Of a stretch of DNA of 64,000 nt, positions 19,664 through 28,461 are shown piece by piece. The position numbers and the translations under genes are program-made. Below the pieces are notes generated by a model. It saw only the letters and a list, made by a program, of their open reading frames with translations. It did no database searches and was not told the DNA's origin. The stretch comes from Candidatus Obscuribacteraceae bacterium (GTDB taxonomy: Bacteria; Cyanobacteriota; Vampirovibrionia; Obscuribacterales; Obscuribacteraceae). Every line of letters starts with the position of its first letter. Positions within the stretch are counted from its first letter, which is position 1. Location of the stretch: assembly GCA_044229845.1 (NCBI GenBank), contig JBGASG010000004.1:256001-320000 (forward strand), in the 5' to 3' direction.

Positions 19664-20044
19664 ATGCTGAACCGCATCCTGAGCACGATATTCATGTTGG
19701 CGCTGTGCCTGTGCACCGGCTGCCCGACTGCGGATGCGTTCCCTGAGCTGCAGGCTGTTGCCCAACATGCTTGCTGCTGCGATGAGGAAGTCGCACAAGC
19801 TTGTTCAGTCTCGGATACCTGTTGCTGCACCATCTCCGATGCCGGTCATTCACTGCCGGTCAATTCAGAGTCGCCGTCAGTCCAAAGCGCTGACCAGCAG
19901 CCAATTGCGCCCCGCGACGTCGTAGCATTTCTCAGTCAGAATGTGCGCGTTTTAGACGCCGGCACCATCAGAGGTGCACAACGCAAACCGTTGCACCTGG
20001 CAAGCAATAAAGTCTATCTCTACAATCGATCTCTCCTGATTTAA
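19664..20044 (+). CDS. Small Cys-rich exported protein (putative metal-sensing leader protein)
   Basis: Hydrophobic N-terminus, ACCCDEE and TCCC clusters, C-terminal VYLYNRSLLI. ATG at 19664. Confidence 0.65.
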   Translation: MLNRILSTIFMLALCLCTGCPTADAFPELQAVAQHACCCDEEVAQACSVSDTCCCTISDAGHSLPVNSESPSVQSADQQPIAPRDVVAFLSQNVRVLDAGTIRGAQRKPLHLASNKVYLYNRSLLI

Positions 20045-20098
20045 AGCCGGTCTGCGAGCGTTTTTTAAATCAATTCAATTTCAATCAGGAGTAAAGTC

Positions 20099-20404
20099 AT
20101 GAAGAACTTTTTGACTCTAGTGGCCCTTGTCGTGTCTTTTATCGGAGCGCTCGCAGCCGCGCCCGCATTCGCTCAGCAATCCAGCAACGCAGCCAGCTGC
20201 TGCGCTGTCAGTGAGCCCTGCTGCGATAGCGGAGCCCCGTGCTGCCTTGGTGCAGTAGAAGGGCTGCAACAAGCAGCTGTCGGCGCATCGGGTCTGGCGG
20301 CAGCAGCCGTCAGCAAAGCAAGCAGTGCCACCGCTGACACGAAAGCGGCTGCCGAATGCTGCCCCGGAGCGTGCTGCGAAACCGCCGCGCCCTGCTGCGG
20401 CTAA
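20099..20404 (+). CDS. Small secreted Cys-rich (metallothionein-like) protein
   Basis: AGGAG RBS, signal peptide ending AFA, and two clusters of three CC pairs (CC..SEPCC..GAPCC and CCPGACC..AAPCC). Confidence 0.8.
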   Translation: MKNFLTLVALVVSFIGALAAAPAFAQQSSNAASCCAVSEPCCDSGAPCCLGAVEGLQQAAVGASGLAAAAVSKASSATADTKAAAECCPGACCETAAPCCG

Positions 20405-20429
20405 CAAGTAGCGAGTTCTACGGAACCAT

Positions 20430-20460
20430 GGAGGCACCGCGTACGCGGTGCCTCCGTTTC
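20430..20460 (+). terminator. Hairpin, probable terminator
   Basis: Perfect 26-bp palindrome GGAGGCACCGCGTACGCGGTGCCTCC followed by GTTTC, 25 bp after the stop codon. Confidence 0.6.
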
Positions 20461-20574
20461 GCGCCCGCACACACGGACGACCTGTCCAATTGCACATTCA
20501 ATTCGCGAACTGCAAATCATATAGTCATACAGGTGCCCCTGTGATTGCCACTCCTTTGCCAGAAGGACAGCGCT

Positions 20575-22386
20575 ATGACAGAACTCGAGACGTCCCCATT
20601 TAAGACGCAACAACGTCCAATCGGTGTTGAGCCCAGACTGGGCATAGACTCGTCTGATGAAGAAGGAGACGAGCCCATCGATCCGCAAGGCGGACTTGCC
20701 GACCTCTCGCACTCGCTCTTCGTCGCCCTCGACCAGAGCCTGCAAGGGCGACGCACCGCCTCAACGCGTACTGGCGCAGCTGAGGCTGAGTCAACGCCCC
20801 GAAGCGGCGCTGAGTCCCCGCCGGAAGCGGCACCGCACAAGCCGGAAGTTAAAGAGCAAACGCTCAATTTCCGCGACAGCAAAATTACCATCAAGACCAC
20901 CAACGGTGTCGCTACATACGTCAACGACGGCTCAAGCGAATGGGATAGTACCGACGGCAAGGTATGGACTCGCCGCGGATCTAACGGAGTGCACACCTGG
21001 CGCGGCACGATCCGATTTGACGAAAACAACAACTACATCGAAGAGGGCACCACCCACGGCGTGACGCGCATCAGCCGCCCGGACGGCAGCACCACCACGT
21101 CTATCAAGACCAAGGCAGGTAAGGAAATCAGCCTCACCGAGTCCAAAGACGGCAAACTGGAATATACCGGAACCGAGAAAAAGTGGCAAAGCAACGACGG
21201 CGGCAAGACCTGGACGAGCGGCACCAGCACCTGGAAAGGGCAGCTGGGCATCGACAGCATGGGTCGGATGTGGCGCGAGCCCGAAGGCGGCAAGCGCGAA
21301 ATCGGCGAGGTTTCTGAAAAGACTCAGGCGATCAACGAGCGCGTTGCCGCTCTGGAGAAGAAGTACAACATCTCAATCGGCGAAGCAGGCAAGCAAATCA
21401 AATACGACTACAGCGATCCGGAGACAGACACCACCAAGTCGGTGAACGTGGCGCTGCGTCTGCCTACCATGGATGAGCTGGACACGCTGGACAAATGCCT
21501 GGCGCAATACCAGCATCTGGCGCCGAAGACAGCCGACGGTTTCGACTTCAAAGGCATGAAGTTCAGTTTCGTCTCTGGGGCTGGCGATGGTGAGAAGGTA
21601 ACCCTCTGGGGCTGGTACAACGCCCAGAAAGAAGGATTGCCGCAGATATTCTTCGGTCCGCGCAACGCGGCTAATGCCCACGGCTGGGAGGGTTTCGAAG
21701 GAACTGTACTGCATGAAACAGCGCATCACCTGCAGTCCCAAAGATGGACTAAGGACGGCGGCAGAGAAGTTCCGAAAGACGTGATGGACACGCTTGGATG
21801 GCGCTACGACAAGGCAAGCGGCAACTATCAGCTGCGCGACAAAGACGGCAAGTACTGGGAAAACCACTCGGTGCGCCTCAAAGATAAGGACAGCGGCAAG
21901 TGGTACTACTCCAATCGCTGGTATCCAGTGGTTGACGGCACCGTGGTCAAAGAAGACTCGCGCGCTCGCACTACACGGCAAATGTTCGACAGCATTCCTG
22001 AGAAAAATCGCCCGTCCACTCAATACTTCACATACCCCACCGAGGCGCATGCGGAGGCACTGGCGATGCTCTTGCAGAATCCGGAGATGCTCTACAAGCG
22101 CAATGCCAACCTGTATCAAGCGACGCGCCGCTGGGATCAAGGCGACATCACCCAGCGGTATGGACTGAATGCGGACAAGCAACCAGCGATGATTCGGGGC
22201 GCCGACGGCAATATCATCGCCAACACGCCCGAAAATCGCAAGAAAGTCGCCGACATGGAAGCCAAATGGCGTCCCGCAGGCGACAACAAGGTCTCTGCGA
22301 CCAGCTGGGAAGAGATGACCGGTAGCGGCAATCGAGAAGAGCATCGTCCTGGGTGCGAGCACTGCCGCCCGCGCCGCGAGGCTTAG
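20575..22386 (+). CDS. Hypothetical protein with a zincin-type metallopeptidase motif
   Basis: VLHETAHH (HExxH) and a downstream Y...PTEAHAEA third-ligand motif. ATG at 20575 follows AGAAGGA. No signal peptide. Confidence 0.7.
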   Translation: MTELETSPFKTQQRPIGVEPRLGIDSSDEEGDEPIDPQGGLADLSHSLFVALDQSLQGRRTASTRTGAAEAESTPRSGAESPPEAAPHKPEVKEQTLNFRDSKITIKTTNGVATYVNDGSSEWDSTDGKVWTRRGSNGVHTWRGTIRFDENNNYIEEGTTHGVTRISRPDGSTTTSIKTKAGKEISLTESKDGKLEYTGTEKKWQSNDGGKTWTSGTSTWKGQLGIDSMGRMWREPEGGKREIGEVSEKTQAINERVAALEKKYNISIGEAGKQIKYDYSDPETDTTKSVNVALRLPTMDELDTLDKCLAQYQHLAPKTADGFDFKGMKFSFVSGAGDGEKVTLWGWYNAQKEGLPQIFFGPRNAANAHGWEGFEGTVLHETAHHLQSQRWTKDGGREVPKDVMDTLGWRYDKASGNYQLRDKDGKYWENHSVRLKDKDSGKWYYSNRWYPVVDGTVVKEDSRARTTRQMFDSIPEKNRPSTQYFTYPTEAHAEALAMLLQNPEMLYKRNANLYQATRRWDQGDITQRYGLNADKQPAMIRGADGNIIANTPENRKKVADMEAKWRPAGDNKVSATSWEEMTGSGNREEHRPGCEHCRPRREA

Positions 22387-22705
22387 CTGAAGCAGGCTTC
22401 ACATTTGGTCAAGGCTGGGCGAGAGGCACGCGGCGAGGCGCGCTCTCCCGTGAGCCACCGAATCTAGCCTGGCCTTGTTCGCGGCCGAAATACGATTATC
22501 CGGCCCGGCACCGGGCCGCGAAAGCTCGATTCAGCGGTGATAGCGGTTGACGCGGCCCGGTACGTGGCCACCATCGCGGCAGAATCAACTCCGTGGTGTC
22601 CATTTTTGGTCCCCAACCCGACCGATCGTCGCACCACTGGGGTTTGCTGCACATCCGTCCTGCTGACAACCGCTCGCGCGTCCGCACCCTTGTGAACGGG
22701 GGATA

Positions 22706-24427
22706 ATGCCCGCAGACTGGGCGATGGCGTATCATCCGGGCATGAGCATATCGGTAGTAGAGCGACCTTCGGCGGCAGGCGTTGAGCTTGCGTCTTCGCA
22801 GCATCATGGTCAGTCCGGCACGGCGTTTGGCTGGAAGCCGGCGGTGCTATTCTCGCTCGCCTGCGCCTCGTTGATCTTCGTATGGTTCGGCATCCACCGA
22901 CTGCAGCCACCCTGGGACGAAGCCGGACATATTCTCAACAGCTTGGCGGTCTGTGACTTGCTGCATCACACCAAGCTCTTCCGCCCGTCCTGGTGGCAAG
23001 AGTTATTGAGCGTCAATCACCTCTATCCGCCGTTTGTCTATCTCGTCAACGGATTCGCCAAACTGCTCTTCGGCGAATCAAGACTCGTCGACACCGCGGT
23101 CCTCGCACTCTTCGACTTCGTCCTCTCACTTTCCGTATTCGCTTCCACCCGCAAACTGAGCGGCTCCGTGGGCGCAGGTCTGGCCGCCCTGGTCGCCATC
23201 AACACCATCCCCCTGGTCACCTGGCTCAGCCATTCTTATTTGCTCGACTTTCCACTTATAGCCATGGTCTCCCTGGCTGTGTGGTGCCTCATCCAGTGGA
23301 GCGGCGCACCGACATGGCGCAATGCGCTCTTTGCCGGGGCTGCCGCATCAGCATGTTGCGCCACCAAGCACTTCGGTTTCCTCTATCTGGCACTACCGGC
23401 GGTGGCGTGCTTGCTGCGCACACCTACCCCGCTGCGTAAGCAAGTCGCCGCTCAGACAGCGTCTATGTGCGCGATTGTAGCAGCCGGCATTCTTCCGTGG
23501 CTGCTCGTCAACAAGGCAGCCATGGGCAACATTGCCGACGCCAATGTCACTCAAATGGGTTCGCGCTCTTTCGCTCAGCTCGCCTGGGAAAACCTGCTGC
23601 AATACACAAGTCATTTGCCCAACATGCTGTCGCCCCTGCTGTTGACGGCTGCGGCAATCTCGCTACTGATCATCTCGCGCAAAGAGCACCGCCAGCTCCT
23701 GCCTCTGTCCGCCCTCGCTGTAGGCGGTCTGATCGGTATCAGTTGCGTCACCGTCACTCCTGCACTGGACCGATATGCGGCACCACTTATGGTGGCAGCA
23801 GCCGCCTACCTGGGCATCGCCTTCAAAAACATTTGCCGAAACGCTTCGACCCCGATGCTCATAGCTGCCGTAGGCGCCGCCACTCTGGTCGTCTTGCAAT
23901 GCATTTCTTTCAACTGGACTCCGACGCCGATCAACGCACCACCTGGCATCGTCAGCCTCAGTAATGACCTGGGCGTCTGCCTGCTTGAATACCGCGGGCA
24001 ACGCATCGAGAAAGCCAGTCCTGTCGCCACATCCAGCTGGGGGCACGAGTGGGTTATGAAAACCGTCGGCGCCACCGACCCGGGCAAACCGGTATGGGTG
24101 CACATCACCCCCAATTCGCCGATTTTCAACGTTCACACATTTGAACTGATCGGCAGAGAGCAGGGCGTCAAGGCGCGCCCGACTACCTCTCGCGCCTGGT
24201 CTCTGAATGGGGATACGGTTGAGTTCAGTCCAAAGACTGCGCTTTATTACGACTGGTATGTAATCGTCACGGGCGACCAGCACCAGGGAAATATCTTCGT
24301 CACACCGGAGTCCGAGCGAGCCTACAAGGCACTCATTGACTTCGTCAGCACTGGCGGCAAGTTCCGTAAAGTGGGAGACTACCGCCTGCCCGACAACAAC
24401 GTATTGCAACTGTACCGGCAGAAGTAG
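22706..24427 (+). CDS. ArnT/GT83-like GT-C membrane glycosyltransferase
   Basis: PPWDEAGH, YPPFVY, YLLDFP, ATK, LPW and DRY motifs; multiple TM helices. Start may be 22742. Confidence 0.85.
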   Translation: MPADWAMAYHPGMSISVVERPSAAGVELASSQHHGQSGTAFGWKPAVLFSLACASLIFVWFGIHRLQPPWDEAGHILNSLAVCDLLHHTKLFRPSWWQELLSVNHLYPPFVYLVNGFAKLLFGESRLVDTAVLALFDFVLSLSVFASTRKLSGSVGAGLAALVAINTIPLVTWLSHSYLLDFPLIAMVSLAVWCLIQWSGAPTWRNALFAGAAASACCATKHFGFLYLALPAVACLLRTPTPLRKQVAAQTASMCAIVAAGILPWLLVNKAAMGNIADANVTQMGSRSFAQLAWENLLQYTSHLPNMLSPLLLTAAAISLLIISRKEHRQLLPLSALAVGGLIGISCVTVTPALDRYAAPLMVAAAAYLGIAFKNICRNASTPMLIAAVGAATLVVLQCISFNWTPTPINAPPGIVSLSNDLGVCLLEYRGQRIEKASPVATSSWGHEWVMKTVGATDPGKPVWVHITPNSPIFNVHTFELIGREQGVKARPTTSRAWSLNGDTVEFSPKTALYYDWYVIVTGDQHQGNIFVTPESERAYKALIDFVSTGGKFRKVGDYRLPDNNVLQLYRQK

Positions 24428-24438
24428 GAAGGTCTCCA

Positions 24439-25155
24439 GTGATTACGCAATCAAAGCGCCTCGCGGGTTTAGCGTCGTTGCCAATCGCCGCAGCGATTTT
24501 ATTAGCCACTTGCTGCACTGTCGCCGGTGCCGCGGACGATTCCGAAAAGCAGCTGGCCACCGCTTCTACAGCCACCACTCTGCAACTGACGGATGAACAG
24601 TTCGACATGATGCATAAAATGGTTGATGATATCCATCGCGACCTTGGGCATATTGACGAAGAGATGAACCGGCACGAAGAGATTGCAAACTATCCCTGGT
24701 ATAGCGATATGGGCTACGGATGGTACCCCGGACTCTACGACTCGTTTGGCGGCATGGGATACGGCGGTTTCATCGGCGACCCCTACACCGAAGGTCCTTC
24801 TTTGCCACCGCGCCAAGATGTGCTACAACGCTGGATGGGCTCACTCAACGGCAGCATCCAGGCGCTCTCGCAACACGTCCAAGCTGTGCAATTACCAACA
24901 GGCACCCCCGACGACATCACCGTGCAAATGAGAGTGTTGCAGGGCATCGTGCCGTCTCTCCAGGGCGACTACACGAAACTGACCGCTCTGCTCAATCCAC
25001 CGGCAAACTCTGCCTCGAACAACTCCAGCAACAACGGCAACAACAACTATGACCGTCAAGCGATTGCCCGCGAAACAGAACGTATCAAGGACGACCTGGG
25101 CGGCATCGACATTCTGCGCAAACGTATTCACCGCCTGCTAAAAGACGACAAGTAA
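24439..25155 (+). CDS. Hypothetical secreted helical protein
   Basis: Signal peptide; AGGAAGG RBS before GTG; operonic spacing. Confidence 0.7.
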   Translation: MITQSKRLAGLASLPIAAAILLATCCTVAGAADDSEKQLATASTATTLQLTDEQFDMMHKMVDDIHRDLGHIDEEMNRHEEIANYPWYSDMGYGWYPGLYDSFGGMGYGGFIGDPYTEGPSLPPRQDVLQRWMGSLNGSIQALSQHVQAVQLPTGTPDDITVQMRVLQGIVPSLQGDYTKLTALLNPPANSASNNSSNNGNNNYDRQAIARETERIKDDLGGIDILRKRIHRLLKDDK

Positions 25156-25177
25156 CCTGAGAGGAATTCGCGAAACC

Positions 25178-26005
25178 ATGCTTGGATTTGGATTTGGACA
25201 ACGCCGCCAACACGTTCTCGTCAGCCTGCTCTTGCTGATCGGCTTCGCAGCGGAACCGGCGCTGGCAGCCTACAGACCGGATACAATGCCACGCAACGCA
25301 CAAATTGAACAAGACATCAGTGACGGTGAAGCCGCTGAACGCGCAAATCAATTGGACGTCGCCGAAGGGCACTACAAATCCGCTGAAATCAAGTTGACCG
25401 ACATGGTTGGTGCCAACGACAACCAGCTGGCTGATGTGTACATGCTCTTGCGAGGCTTGCTCCGCAAAGAAGGCAAGTACACCGAAGCTGTCGACTATGG
25501 CGCTAAGCTGGTTCAGCTCGAACAGCGCCTCTACGGTCCCGATCACGTTTATGTCGCCGACGACACCAAACAGCTCGCCGATGTGCAGACGGATGCTCAA
25601 CAATTCGACGATGCGCGCGCCAACTACACTCGCGCCGCCGCCAGCCCTGCCCGCGGTGCGGTCGAGGATTACGCGATGACGAACTATCGCCCCGCCGTCA
25701 AAATCAGCCGCAAAGACCTGGTGCTCTCCTGCTATGACGGCATCGCTAAAACCTACGAAGCAGAGAACAATCTGAAAGCCGCGGTTGACACTTACAAGCG
25801 CGCGATGACTCAGTACTCCAAGTACTCCCACGGAGACAAGTACAGAGCACAGATGCAATCGTCGCTCTTCTCCCGCTATCGCAATTACATCGCCAAGCTC
25901 AACGAGCAAGCCGCGGCGGCGGACGCCGATCCAAACGTGACAGAAGTGCGTCGGCAAGAGTACGGCAATCAAGAATATCCGCCGGGCGTGTTGCCTCCGT
26001 TCTAA
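25178..26005 (+). CDS. Secreted tetratricopeptide-repeat protein
   Basis: Signal peptide (ALA); kinesin-light-chain-like TPRs (GKYTEA...LYGPDHVYVA). Confidence 0.8.
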   Translation: MLGFGFGQRRQHVLVSLLLLIGFAAEPALAAYRPDTMPRNAQIEQDISDGEAAERANQLDVAEGHYKSAEIKLTDMVGANDNQLADVYMLLRGLLRKEGKYTEAVDYGAKLVQLEQRLYGPDHVYVADDTKQLADVQTDAQQFDDARANYTRAAASPARGAVEDYAMTNYRPAVKISRKDLVLSCYDGIAKTYEAENNLKAAVDTYKRAMTQYSKYSHGDKYRAQMQSSLFSRYRNYIAKLNEQAAAADADPNVTEVRRQEYGNQEYPPGVLPPF

Positions 26006-26044
26006 GCCGGCTTCTTAAGTCCGCCTTACGGGAATAATTCCCAC

Positions 26045-28201
26045 ATGGCAGAGCTTGATGAAAACACTCCGCAACTAAACGAAGAACTGGACGACACGGT
26101 GCTCACGGTCGGCACCGTCATCGAGGAGCGCTATCGGATTAGCGAGTTTCTCGGCATGGGCGGCATGGGTTCCGTCTATCGAGCCAAGCATCTGGAATTC
26201 GGGCGCGATGCCGCCATCAAGATTTTGCATGCCAGATACACATCGGACATCGCTGCCGTCAAACGGTTTCAGCGCGAAGCCCGGATTATCTCGGGACTCA
26301 ATCACACAAACATACTCTCCGTCTACGCATTCGGCGGCTACAAGGGTTTCGTCTATCTGGCGATGGAATTTGTCGAGGGCAAGTCCCTCGCCAAATTGAT
26401 CGCCGAGAAAGGCACACTCATACCCGACGAAGCTCTACCGCTGCTGCTGCAAATCTGTGAAGGCATGGCGCACGCGCACAAAAACGAAGTTCTGCACCGC
26501 GATCTCAAACCCGACAACGTGATGATCGTCATCGAAGACAACGGCGCGCAGTGCGCGAAAGTCGTGGACTTCGGACTGGCGAAATTACAGGATACTCCAG
26601 ACGGGCAGCGCCTGACAAAGACCGGTGAAGTAGTCGGCGACCCGCGCTACATGGCGCCGGAACAGTGTCGAGGGCTGCCTCTCGATGCGCGCTCCGACCT
26701 ATATTCATTCGGTTGCCTGATGTACGAAGTCTTCACAGGCCTCTCGCCATTTGAATCCGACGATCCAGTCAGCATTATGCAGAAGCAAGTCGGCATGGAC
26801 CCGGAGCCGTTTGCGCAAAGTCTGGGACTGCCACCAGCCCTGGAGGCAATCACATTCAATTGCATGGCCAAAGATCGCGACGAACGCTACGATTCTTTCG
26901 ATGAAGTGGGCAAACTGCTACGCCAGGTGGCTGCCGATCCCAACGTAAAAATTGCAGCCACCGCTACACGCCACTCAGGGAAGAAACCACTTGAACGCCG
27001 GCTACTGGCCACGGTCATTGCCGTCGTCTGCGTCGGAGCCCTGGCTTTGACAGTCGCTCTCTCGACTGACTTGTCGGTGCTGCCGATGAAATTGAAAATG
27101 CAGTCCGGCAGCGATCAAGAAAAGATGATTGCAGCATTGTCTCTAGCCGAACATTACGAGCTAAAGAAAGACCAGGACCAGGCGCTGATCTGGTATGACA
27201 AGGCAAGCCAACTGGCAGCTGCTGCCAAAGATCAAAAATCGATATTGATCAGTTTTGGCGGCAAGGGCAGAATTTTGTGTGCGAAGCAACGGCGTCACGA
27301 AGCCATTCCACTCTTGCAGCAAGCCGCCATGGCAGCGCGCGACCTGGTTATGCACGGCAACACCGATCCACAGGTCTACGATGCAACCCGCGCTGCGCTG
27401 CTGGACTATGAGGGCATGGATGCCGTGGCGCCGATTGTCACCCATGAAATTGCCGCCGGCTACCTCAACTCGCACAAGAAAGACTGGGCGGTCGGGATAC
27501 TGAAGACGGTGCCCGACAGTGCACCGAAAGCGGTGCGCTCCACCACGCAATTCATTCTGGGCGAGCTATGCCTGGAAGAAGGAAACAAGAAAGAAGCTCT
27601 TCAATACTTCGAGCGCGCCATTGAAATTGCCGATGTCCGCTACAATCGCTTCTGCGGCATGCGCACCATCGCCGGCGCCTGCATCAAGAATCACGAGAAT
27701 CAACTCGCTCTCGAATATCGCAAACGTGCGCTCAAAGAAGTGGAACAGACCACCCAATACGATTTGATTGCGTTGATTTATCAGGAAGTCGCTGAAGCGG
27801 AACTTCTGGTCAAAGACATCAAAGCAGCTAACGCTGAGTATGTACTGGCAGTTGCCGCAGCCAGAAAGGTTCAACCCAGTGCTCAGAATAACGCAGTCCT
27901 GGCCAAAAGCTTGCACGGACTGGCCCATACGCAGTATCACAGCGGCGACAGGACCGGGGCAGAGAAGACCTATCGCGAAGAAATCGCGCTGCTGAAGAAA
28001 CAGCCGCAGCTCGACAAGCCGGCTCTGGCTCAGGCGCTGATTTTGCTTGGAGATACACTGACTTTGGAGAATCGCGTTCCCGAAGCGGCCGTCTCATTGC
28101 AACAGGCAGTGGATGTCATCGATAGCGCGGGTCACCTGACTCCCGAGTTGCAGGAAGCCCGCCGCACCGCCGCGCAAAAGCTCAGCCAGATGCACATCTG
28201 A
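26045..28201 (+). CDS. Hanks-type Ser/Thr protein kinase with a TM helix and C-terminal TPRs
   Basis: LGMGGMGSVY, AAIK, HRDLKPDN, DFG, YMAPEQ and SDLYSFG motifs. Confidence 0.95.
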   Translation: MAELDENTPQLNEELDDTVLTVGTVIEERYRISEFLGMGGMGSVYRAKHLEFGRDAAIKILHARYTSDIAAVKRFQREARIISGLNHTNILSVYAFGGYKGFVYLAMEFVEGKSLAKLIAEKGTLIPDEALPLLLQICEGMAHAHKNEVLHRDLKPDNVMIVIEDNGAQCAKVVDFGLAKLQDTPDGQRLTKTGEVVGDPRYMAPEQCRGLPLDARSDLYSFGCLMYEVFTGLSPFESDDPVSIMQKQVGMDPEPFAQSLGLPPALEAITFNCMAKDRDERYDSFDEVGKLLRQVAADPNVKIAATATRHSGKKPLERRLLATVIAVVCVGALALTVALSTDLSVLPMKLKMQSGSDQEKMIAALSLAEHYELKKDQDQALIWYDKASQLAAAAKDQKSILISFGGKGRILCAKQRRHEAIPLLQQAAMAARDLVMHGNTDPQVYDATRAALLDYEGMDAVAPIVTHEIAAGYLNSHKKDWAVGILKTVPDSAPKAVRSTTQFILGELCLEEGNKKEALQYFERAIEIADVRYNRFCGMRTIAGACIKNHENQLALEYRKRALKEVEQTTQYDLIALIYQEVAEAELLVKDIKAANAEYVLAVAAARKVQPSAQNNAVLAKSLHGLAHTQYHSGDRTGAEKTYREEIALLKKQPQLDKPALAQALILLGDTLTLENRVPEAAVSLQQAVDVIDSAGHLTPELQEARRTAAQKLSQMHI

Positions 28202-28246
28202 CTCCCGAGAGCCGGCGCACTGCCGCCTTTCCAAGTTATCTCAACC

Positions 28247-28361
28247 TGACCGCCGTGACGGCCAGGACTTCTCGAATTTGACCGCCATGGCGGCCAATCC
28301 ATGTCGTGCTGGCCGCAGTCGCGGTCAAATCCAGCATTTCATGGCCGCCATGGCGGTCAAA
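28247..28361. repeat. Array of four 18-bp imperfect palindromes, consensus TG(A/G)CCGCCATGGCGG(C/T)CA, period 31-32 bp
   Basis: Copies start at 28247, 28279, 28310 and 28342. 28277-28296 is the exact reverse complement of 28342-28361. Confidence 0.85.
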
Positions 28362-28461
28362 AGCAAACTGCGATGCGGGGCGCTTTACAGTAGCCGTCAA
28401 TAGAGACTGAAACCGCGTATCATATTGGCTCCCAGTCCATCAAAAATCAGGATCGGCACCT

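Noticed and set aside
25005..25050. AAC-rich repeat encoding SNNSSNNGNNN
   Set aside because: An in-frame low-complexity linker with no sign of a contingency locus.
28247..28361. CRISPR array
   Set aside because: Repeats are 18 bp, spacers only 13-14 nt, orientation flips mid-array, and there are no cas genes in the window.
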